A DNA stretch of 64,000 nt from assembly GCA_965652295.1 (NCBI GenBank), contig CBFGTS010000017.1, forward strand, positions 32,769 to 96,768, in the 5' to 3' direction. A program made the translations under genes and the position numbers. Below are positions 57,514 through 64,000 of the stretch, piece by piece. Below the pieces are notes generated by a model. The model was not told where the DNA came from and did no database searches. It was given only the letters and a program-made list of their open reading frames with translations. This DNA comes from an uncultured Haloferula sp. (GTDB lineage: Bacteria; Verrucomicrobiota; Verrucomicrobiia; Verrucomicrobiales; Akkermansiaceae). Within the stretch, counting starts at the first letter, position 1, and each line of letters starts with the position of its first letter.

Positions 57514-60500
57514 ATGACCGCCGCCGAAATCCGCCAGTCCTTCCTCGATTTCTTCAAGGAGAAGCAGCACACCGTCGTGCCCTCCGCCTCGCTCCTGCCG
57601 CAGTCGCCCGGCCTGCTTTTCACCAATGCGGGAATGAACCAGTTCGTGCCCTATTTTCTTGGCACCGACAAGGCACCCTACAACCCGCCGCGTGCCGCGG
57701 ACACGCAGAAATGCATCCGCGCCGGGGGCAAGCACAACGACCTCGAGGACGTCGGCTACGACACCTACCACCACACGATGTTCGAGATGCTCGGGAACTG
57801 GTCGTTCGGCGACTACTTCAAGCCCGAGGCCATCCGCTGGGCGTGGGAACTGGTGGTCGAGCGCTGGGGCGTGCCCGCCAACCGCCTCTACGCCACCGTC
57901 TATGCGCCGGACAAGGCGAAGGGTGATCCCGGTGAATTCGACCAGGAAGCGTGGGACATCTGGGCCGAGCTGTTCCGCGGAAAGGGTCTCGATCCCCGCG
58001 TGCACATCGTCGATGGCAACGTGAAGGACAACTTCTGGATGATGGGCGAGACCGGCCCCTGCGGCCCGTGTTCGGAGCTGCATGTTGATCTCACGCCGAA
58101 CGGCGATTCGAACGGCCAGCTCGTCAACGGCGACTCCGACCTCTGTATCGAGATCTGGAACCTCGTCTTCATCCAGTACAACGCCGAGGCCGACGGTTCC
58201 TTCCGCGAGCTACCCGCCAAGCACATCGACACCGGCATGGGCTTCGAGCGCGCCTGCTCGATCATCCAGAACACCAAAGGTTTCACGGATTTCTCGGTGA
58301 AACCCAGCAACTACGCCACCGACGTTTTCACCCCGATCTTCCGCAAGCTGGAGGAACTCAGCGGCAAAACCTACGTCAACATCTACCCCGAGCCCGGTGC
58401 CGACCGCTCGGCCTTCAGCGAGGAGATGAAAACGGCCATCGCCTTCCGCGTGATCGCCGACCACCTGCGGACGCTCAGCTTTTCCATCGCCGATGGCATC
58501 CTGCCCGGCAACAACGGCCGCAACTACGTCCTCCGTCGTATCTTGCGCCGCGCCGTCCGCTACGGCCGCCAGCTCGGCTTCTCCGGCGACAAGCCGTTCT
58601 TCGGCGCGCTGGTCTCGACGCTGGTGGAGCAAATGGGCGGCGTCTTCCCCGAACTCAAGGAACGCGAAGCCGCCGTGCGGGTGACGCTGGAACGGGAAGA
58701 GGCGAGCTTCAATGAGACGCTGGACCGGGGGTTGAAGCGCTTCGAAGACGCGGTCGGGACGGGGAGCGCCGGCGTCCCGCCCGGTCCTTCTTCTCCCGCC
58801 GAAGGCCCACGCTATTCCAAGCACCATGGCCTCCCTCACTTCGAACGTCCTTGGGGCAAGTATCTGATCACGGTTTCCACCGACCAGCGGTGTGAGCTGT
58901 CTGAAGAAGCTCGGGAGATCGTGCTCAATGCCATCCGTCACTTTCACCCCGACCGTTACGTTCTCTTCGCAGCAGTGGTGATGCCGGATCATTTCCATAT
59001 GCTCATCGAGCCTCAGCCAAAGACCCATGGTGCCGATGGCACCCCGGAGTTCTGGGAACTCGGGGAGTTGATGCATTCGATCAAATCTTTCACCGCGAAG
59101 GAGATTAACAAGCTCACTGGTGGTGCCGGGACGGTATGGGAACGGGACTACCACGATCGATTGATCCGCTCGGAGTCCGACCTCCAGGAGAAGTTCTCGT
59201 ACGTCACCTCGAATCCGTCGCGAGCCGGATTGACCCGAGATGACGATTACCCATTCGTCTGGTCCCAAGGGTGGAGCGAGGGTTCCAGGGAAGACTTCCG
59301 GCAGGATGCCGGAAGCAGCCGGCGGGACGCCGGCGCTCCCCGTCCCGTCACGACGCTCTCCGGCGAAATCGCCTTCGAACTCTACGACACCTTCGGTTTC
59401 CCCATCGACCTCACCGAGCTGCTCTGCGCCGAACGTGGCATCAAGGTCAACATGCAGCGCTTCGAAGAGCTGATGGAGCGGCAGCGTGAGCGCGCCCGTG
59501 CGGCGCAGAAATCGACGGTCGTCCGCGCGCTCGACATCTCCACCGAAGCGATCACCGCCTTCACCGGCTTCGATGGCGATGAAGCGGAGGCCCTCGTGCT
59601 CGAAGTCCACGAGCAGGAGGACGCGCTTTTCATCATCACCGACAAAACGCCCTTTTACGCCGAAATGGGCGGCCAGGCCGGCGATACCGGAACGCTCGTT
59701 AAAGAGGCCGTGGCCGTGAGCGTCACCCACGTGCAACAAATCGGCCGCGCCCGCGCGCATGCGGTTTCCAAATCGGAAATCTCCAATCTCCAATCTTCAA
59801 TCCAGCCCGGCGACACGGTGAAGCTCCGCATCGACGCCAAACGCCGTCGCCCGATCGAGGCCCACCACACCGCCACCCACCTCCTCCACTGGGCCTTGCA
59901 CGAGGTCGTTTCGAGCGACGCGGCGCAGCAGGGTTCGTCGGTCGATGACACCCGCCTGCGGTTCGACTTCAACAGCGCGCCGGTCACGCCGGAGCAGATC
60001 GAGGCGATGGAGGAAAAGGTGAACGCCTGCATCGCCGCCGATCAGCCGGTTTCCTGGAAGGAAGTGCCGCCCGCCGAGGTCAAGGATCGCAAGGATGTGA
60101 TGCAGTTCTTCGGTGACAAGTACGGAGATACGGTGCGCGTCGTACAAATCGGCGGCACGCCGGGCGCGATTGATGGCTACTCGATGGAACTCTGCGGCGG
60201 CACCCACGTCCGCACGACCGGCGAGATCGGGCTTTTCAAGATCAAGAGCGAGGGGGCGATCGCCTCCGGCGTGCGGCGGATCGAAGCCGTCTGCGGCGAG
60301 AGCGCGTGGGAGCACCTGCGCGAGGTGGTGGCACAGCTTGATGAGGAATCCGACAACCTGCACGCCAAGCTTTCCGCGGCGAACGCACGTCTCTCGGAAC
60401 TCGGTGAGGAGCCGCTTCAGGTGGGCGAGGCCCCGCGCATCATGATGGCGATGCTCACGGAGAAGGGCGACGTCACCCAGATCAACCACACGCTCAACAT

Positions 60501-60933
60501 GGTCCGCGTGAAGCTCGATGAGCTGCGCGAGGCGGGCATTGAGGCGGAGAAGAAGGTGAAGAAACTGCAAGCCTCCTCCGCCGCCAAGCAGGCCGATGCA
60601 GCGTTGGCTTTGCTCATCGAGCAAGGCGGCCCGATCGTCACCTCTTTGGAATCGGACGCCTCGTTGCTGCAAGAGCTGCTCAACGGGCTGAAGAAAAAGC
60701 AGTTCGCGGAAGCGGCGTTCCTGATCGTGGACGATGGCGAGAAGCTCCACCTCGGCACCTACTGCGGCGAGGCGGCGCTGGGCCGGGGTCTCAAGGCGGG
60801 CGACCTGCTGCGCGAGCTGGCGGCGATCGCCGGCGGCAAAGGCGGCGGCAAACCGGACATGGCCCGCGGTGCCGCACCCGAGCGCGTGAAGCTGACGGAG
60901 ATGGAAGAGGCGGCGAAAGCGAAGCTCGCCTAG
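57514..60933 (+). CDS. alaS: alanine--tRNA ligase with an in-frame RAYT insertion
   Basis: FTNAGMNQF, FEMLGNWSFGDYFK, GPCGPCSE, DTGMGFER, LYDTFGFP, HTATHLLH, ELCGGTH and GGKGGG motifs; 1139 aa. Confidence 0.97.
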   Translation: MTAAEIRQSFLDFFKEKQHTVVPSASLLPQSPGLLFTNAGMNQFVPYFLGTDKAPYNPPRAADTQKCIRAGGKHNDLEDVGYDTYHHTMFEMLGNWSFGDYFKPEAIRWAWELVVERWGVPANRLYATVYAPDKAKGDPGEFDQEAWDIWAELFRGKGLDPRVHIVDGNVKDNFWMMGETGPCGPCSELHVDLTPNGDSNGQLVNGDSDLCIEIWNLVFIQYNAEADGSFRELPAKHIDTGMGFERACSIIQNTKGFTDFSVKPSNYATDVFTPIFRKLEELSGKTYVNIYPEPGADRSAFSEEMKTAIAFRVIADHLRTLSFSIADGILPGNNGRNYVLRRILRRAVRYGRQLGFSGDKPFFGALVSTLVEQMGGVFPELKEREAAVRVTLEREEASFNETLDRGLKRFEDAVGTGSAGVPPGPSSPAEGPRYSKHHGLPHFERPWGKYLITVSTDQRCELSEEAREIVLNAIRHFHPDRYVLFAAVVMPDHFHMLIEPQPKTHGADGTPEFWELGELMHSIKSFTAKEINKLTGGAGTVWERDYHDRLIRSESDLQEKFSYVTSNPSRAGLTRDDDYPFVWSQGWSEGSREDFRQDAGSSRRDAGAPRPVTTLSGEIAFELYDTFGFPIDLTELLCAERGIKVNMQRFEELMERQRERARAAQKSTVVRALDISTEAITAFTGFDGDEAEALVLEVHEQEDALFIITDKTPFYAEMGGQAGDTGTLVKEAVAVSVTHVQQIGRARAHAVSKSEISNLQSSIQPGDTVKLRIDAKRRRPIEAHHTATHLLHWALHEVVSSDAAQQGSSVDDTRLRFDFNSAPVTPEQIEAMEEKVNACIAADQPVSWKEVPPAEVKDRKDVMQFFGDKYGDTVRVVQIGGTPGAIDGYSMELCGGTHVRTTGEIGLFKIKSEGAIASGVRRIEAVCGESAWEHLREVVAQLDEESDNLHAKLSAANARLSELGEEPLQVGEAPRIMMAMLTEKGDVTQINHTLNMVRVKLDELREAGIEAEKKVKKLQASSAAKQADAALALLIEQGGPIVTSLESDASLLQELLNGLKKKQFAEAAFLIVDDGEKLHLGTYCGEAALGRGLKAGDLLRELAAIAGGKGGGKPDMARGAAPERVKLTEMEEAAKAKLA
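58755..59347 (+). mobile_element. REP-flanked RAYT/Y1 tyrosine-transposase module inserted in frame in alaS
   Basis: LPHF, YLITVST, VMPDHFH, KSFTA, WERDYHDRLIR and YVTSNP motifs; perfect 27-bp terminal inverted repeat. Confidence 0.9.
59770..59802 (+). repeat. 7-mer tandem repeat inside alaS
   Basis: aaatcgg aaatctc caatctc caatctt caatc, read as KSEISNLQSSI. Confidence 0.7.
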
Positions 60934-60940
60934 CCTTCAT

Positions 60941-60976
60941 CCAAGGAGCGGCGGTCAATGCCTGCCGCTCCTTTGG
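60941..60976. terminator. stem-loop between the convergent alaS and hypothetical genes
   Basis: ccaaggagcggc...gccgctcctttgg hairpin. Confidence 0.6.
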
Positions 60977-61003
60977 GCTCTGCAACCCATTGGCTCGTTG
61001 GGG

Positions 61004-61963
61004 TCAATTGGCGGCGGCGGCCTGCGGGCTGAGCGCCTGCCGGAGGTCGGCCTCCCACTCGCGCGCCTTGCTGTGGGTCACATTCTCTTCGAGGTGCTCG
61101 ACGAGCGCGACGACCGCCTTTTTCTGATCGCCCGACTGGAAGGCATCCATTTCCCTGCGCCACTCGAGGTCCGGCTTCGTTTCGCGGAGAAACTCGGCGC
61201 GGTTCGGGTGGTTCCCCTCTTCGGCGAGTTCCTCCATGTGCTTGTCCTCCTGTTTGTCGTCGCCCGTCCAGAAGCCGGCGATGACTTCCTCGAAGTGGAT
61301 GCGCCGGTCCCATGCCTCCCGCAGGCCCGCGTAATCCTTCTTCGCTCGGAAATAAGGCAACACCGCCTTTTCGAAGGTCTCGCCCAGTTCGATCTCTTTC
61401 TCCTCCTTCTGGATGGGTGCCGCGGGCCAGTCCTTCAAGCGGTCGCCGCGGATGCCGTAGGCTTTCGCGAAAATCGTCTCATTCATCGGCGTGGCGAGAA
61501 AGCCGGTGTGTCGGGCGAGTGCCTTGGGATCGCGGAAGATACCTTCCAGGCATTCGAGGGTTTCGGGGCCGAGCTGGTTCGCCTGGGTCGGTTTGGCGGA
61601 TGCCTTCAGCGAGAGCATGAGCCAGCGGATCTGGTGGCGGATGGCGGTTCCGAAGCCGTCGGATTCCAGCTGGCCACGGTTCCGGCGACGCCACTCGCGA
61701 AAGTCATTCGAGCTCCGCTTCGCGGAGAGGAAGTCGGCCTGCTCGACGCATTGGAGGTAGAGATCGAAGGCTGCCTTGTCGTTTTCCATCGCCTTCCTGA
61801 GGGCGGCGGACGCGTCGCTGAGCCGGGTCGTTGCCTTTTTTCCTGCTTCCTCCTTGAAGGAATCGAGCCGTTCCAGGACCTGCTGGCGATCGGCATCGCT
61901 CAGGGTTTCAGCGCGGAGCATGGGGGAAAGGAGCACGAGCAGTGCGGCGAGTGGGGTTTTCAT
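61004..61963 (-). CDS. hypothetical exported helical protein
   Basis: Signal peptide MKTPLAALLVLLSPMLRA followed by a charged helical body. Confidence 0.75.
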   Translation of the reverse strand: MKTPLAALLVLLSPMLRAETLSDADRQQVLERLDSFKEEAGKKATTRLSDASAALRKAMENDKAAFDLYLQCVEQADFLSAKRSSNDFREWRRRNRGQLESDGFGTAIRHQIRWLMLSLKASAKPTQANQLGPETLECLEGIFRDPKALARHTGFLATPMNETIFAKAYGIRGDRLKDWPAAPIQKEEKEIELGETFEKAVLPYFRAKKDYAGLREAWDRRIHFEEVIAGFWTGDDKQEDKHMEELAEEGNHPNRAEFLRETKPDLEWRREMDAFQSGDQKKAVVALVEHLEENVTHSKAREWEADLRQALSPQAAAAN

Positions 61964-62006
61964 GGGCAGGTCCATGCCACATTCTACGCCGCACCGCCAC
62001 CGCACT

Positions 62007-62852
62007 TTACGGCGAGATCGTCAGCACCTCGTCCGCCACGAAAAGCCCCGACGCCAGCGCACGTCGGCCCTGGCGGGCAAATGCCAAGACTTCCGGCACG
62101 TCCGCCGTCCGCAGGGCCTCGGTGCCGCAGAGGCGGACGGCTTCAAAAAGCGCGCGGCCGCTTGGATCCCGCTCGTCGGCAAGGATCGCCACTCCTTCCG
62201 AGCAACGGGCCAGCCGGGTGACGGCCCTCTCCCTGATGACGAAGCCGGGGTCCCGGGTATCGAGCATGACCAGTGAGCTGTCGGGGTGCCGGCGGCGCAG
62301 CGCCGAGGCGACCGTGGCCCACCTTTCGCTCCCCACATGACTCTGGCACACCAGGCCGAAGCGGGGCGAAAACGGAAGCTGCATCGCCCGGTCCACGTCC
62401 TGAACCACCACAGCTCCTTCGGCAGCGAGCGTCCGGACCTCGGCCGAGTCCGGATCCCCCACCAGAACGACTTGGCGGCTCTCGAGCTTCAGCATCCGGA
62501 TGGTCGCTCGCGTGCGGCGGATGGACGGCAGTGTCAGGTCAAGGATTTCGCATCCGGCCTCGCGAAACCGTTGCTCCTCCGCCTGGGGCAAGCCGGTGAG
62601 GGGAAGCGCGACGCACCCTTGGCAGGGGAGATCCTCCGCTGCCTCCAGGGCGCCTTGGCGACGGGCCCGGTCCAGAAGCATGCGGTCGGGAGCCAGCTCG
62701 CCCGCGAGCGTGACCGGCCCCCTTTCCAGACGCGTGAGCAATCGCCCGAACGCATCCCGCACCTCCTGGCTCATCCCGAGCACCGCCGCCGATTCCCCAT
62801 GCAACGGCAACCAAACACCTGGAGAAACATACTTTGTATTGCAAAGCGACAT
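62007..62852 (-). CDS. IspH/LytB homologue lacking Fe-S ligands (start uncertain)
   Basis: Colinear with IspH by eye: DLTLP for DATCP, VGDPDSAEV for IG...HPEV, CQSH for SQTT, DTRD for DTIC. Confidence 0.7.
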   Translation of the reverse strand: MSLCNTKYVSPGVWLPLHGESAAVLGMSQEVRDAFGRLLTRLERGPVTLAGELAPDRMLLDRARRQGALEAAEDLPCQGCVALPLTGLPQAEEQRFREAGCEILDLTLPSIRRTRATIRMLKLESRQVVLVGDPDSAEVRTLAAEGAVVVQDVDRAMQLPFSPRFGLVCQSHVGSERWATVASALRRRHPDSSLVMLDTRDPGFVIRERAVTRLARCSEGVAILADERDPSGRALFEAVRLCGTEALRTADVPEVLAFARQGRRALASGLFVADEVLTISP

Positions 62853-62904
62853 GACGAAAAAAGAACCGGCGATCCGGTCGAGGCTTTAGCTTTGTAATGC
62901 AAAG
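62832..62904. promoter_or_regulatory. two CTTTG-N5-CAAAG palindromes (candidate operators)
   Basis: ctttgtattgcaaag (62832-62846) and ctttgtaatgcaaag (62890-62904). Confidence 0.65.
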
Positions 62905-62969
62905 CCAATTAAGGCAAGTCAAATCTCAGGCGGTTCTGAAGAAGCGGTCGGTGACCCGAGACAACGCTT

Positions 62970-63269
62970 TCATTTCCCCAGATCGAGAATCTGTTCGAGC
63001 ACGGCGAGGTAGCTCTCGAAGGCGTTTTTTCCGGCCGGGGTGAGCGAGTAGTTGGTCTGCGGCCGGCCGTCGCCGGTGAGCTTTTCGGAGCTGACGAAGC
63101 CGGCGGCGGCGAGGGTGCGGAGGTGGGTGATGAGGTTGCCGTCGCTCATTTCCAGCTCGGCCTTGAGGTCCTGGAAGGCCCACGGCTCCACGCGCGAGGC
63201 GAGCAGCGTCATGATGGAGAGCCGCCCCTTTTCGTGGATCGTTTTGTCGAGCTTGGAGAAGTCGATCAT
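62970..63269 (-). CDS. winged-helix transcriptional regulator (ArsR/MarR-like, HTH_34 type)
   Basis: LDKTIHEKGRLSIM..L, FQDLK..L.MSDGNL..HL..L...G.V and RPQT.Y.LT..G..AF..YL pattern. Confidence 0.88.
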   Translation of the reverse strand: MIDFSKLDKTIHEKGRLSIMTLLASRVEPWAFQDLKAELEMSDGNLITHLRTLAAAGFVSSEKLTGDGRPQTNYSLTPAGKNAFESYLAVLEQILDLGK

Positions 63270-63895
63270 TCGCCGGCGGGTTCGCGACGGGAGGTGGTGA
63301 CGATGGCGGCCCCGTAAGCGAGATGAAAACCGCCGAAGGTGGCGGCCATCAAGCCCGAGGGACCCATTCTCATGATGATGGGCGCGGCGGCCTGGACGAA
63401 GGTCACGGCGCTGAAGCAGGCGATGCCGGTGGTGGCGAACGCGATGCCGAGCCATGCCATCGATTTCGGGGCGAACTCGCGGATGGCGAGGAGGGCGAGA
63501 CCGTAGTGGAGGATCCACATCGAGGCGGCATGAATCTCGACCCCGGAGCCCTGGCCGTGGCGGAGAAAGAGAAGCCCGAGAAAACCGCCTGCGATCAGCG
63601 ACGGCAACGCACCGCGGAGGGCGACTTTGAGGCCATGGCTCCAGACGGTGCGGCCGGAGGCACGCGCGGTGCGGAAAAGCTGCCAGAAGGCGAAGAGCAG
63701 GGCCACGCCCAGAAACCCGAGCCATACGGAGCCCCATTCCCAACGGTGCTTTCCTTCTGAAAGCCATCCGGCGGCGAGCGAAACGGCCCCGCCCATGAGG
63801 GCCGCCTCCCCGGACAGCGCGCGGAAAATCGTCGCCCGCTCCATCATCGTGCGGATGGCCCTCAGCTGCTCGGCGGCTTCCTCATGGGTCGTCAT
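63266..63895 (-). CDS. hypothetical membrane protein (about 6 TM) coupled to the regulator
   Basis: L..IR.MMER....LSG and FGGFHL.YG pattern; its stop overlaps the regulator start. Confidence 0.78.
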   Translation of the reverse strand: MTTHEEAAEQLRAIRTMMERATIFRALSGEAALMGGAVSLAAGWLSEGKHRWEWGSVWLGFLGVALLFAFWQLFRTARASGRTVWSHGLKVALRGALPSLIAGGFLGLLFLRHGQGSGVEIHAASMWILHYGLALLAIREFAPKSMAWLGIAFATTGIACFSAVTFVQAAAPIIMRMGPSGLMAATFGGFHLAYGAAIVTTSRREPAGE

Positions 63896-63903
63896 GGCGG
63901 GAG

Positions 63904-63918
63904 CTTTGCTTAGCAAAG
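63904..63918. promoter_or_regulatory. CTTTG-N5-CAAAG palindrome just upstream of the regulator operon
   Basis: ctttgcttagcaaag, 8 bp upstream of the ATG at 63895. Confidence 0.65.
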
Positions 63919-63945
63919 TAGCGGGTAGCAAGGAGCAAGTGGCGG

Positions 63946-64000
63946 TGGAGGATGGAGGATGGAGGATGGAGGATGGAGGATGGAGGATGGAGGATGGAGG
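63946..64000. repeat. perfect 7-mer tandem repeat (TGGAGGA)n, truncated by the window end
   Basis: About 8 exact copies running to position 64000. Confidence 0.95.

Noticed and set aside
58755..59347. Classical IS200/IS605 element interpretation
   Set aside because: There is no tnpB and no independent start or stop. The ends are inverted REP-like copies rather than distinct left and right IS ends.
62926..62973. 15-aa ORF (MKALSRVTDRFFRTA) coupled to the regulator stop
   Set aside because: Too short to distinguish from chance.

Overview
This is a GC-rich bacterial chromosome segment. A Verrucomicrobiales origin (Haloferula/Luteolibacter-like) is inferred from the PEP-CTERM proteins, the CotH/lamin-tail protein and the long-type IspG. 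Most of it is housekeeping: nth, gdhA, tsaB, gltA, tRNA-Glu, tkt, dps, bioD, cdaA, pntAB, lemA, ispG, clpS and alaS. Four things stand out. (1) Two essential genes, ispG and alaS, each carry a different REP-associated (Y1/HUH, RAYT-like) tyrosine-transposase domain inserted in frame. Each insert is bracketed by its own inverted REP-like repeats, which are read through as protein. (2) A six-gene cluster holds an AsnB-type amidotransferase, an ATCase-family carbamoyltransferase lacking the aspartate beta-carboxylate residues, an SSS transporter with a small partner gene, an M20 carbamoylase and a cysteine hydrolase. It may make and recycle an N-carbamoyl amino-acid amide osmolyte. (3) An IspH homologue has lost all three Fe-S cysteines and shares a CTTTG-N5-CAAAG palindrome with a neighbouring winged-helix regulator operon. 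(4) REP-like palindromes and 7-/9-mer tandem repeats are scattered through the window, including one inside alaS. All calls come from reading motifs by eye; no database searches were run.
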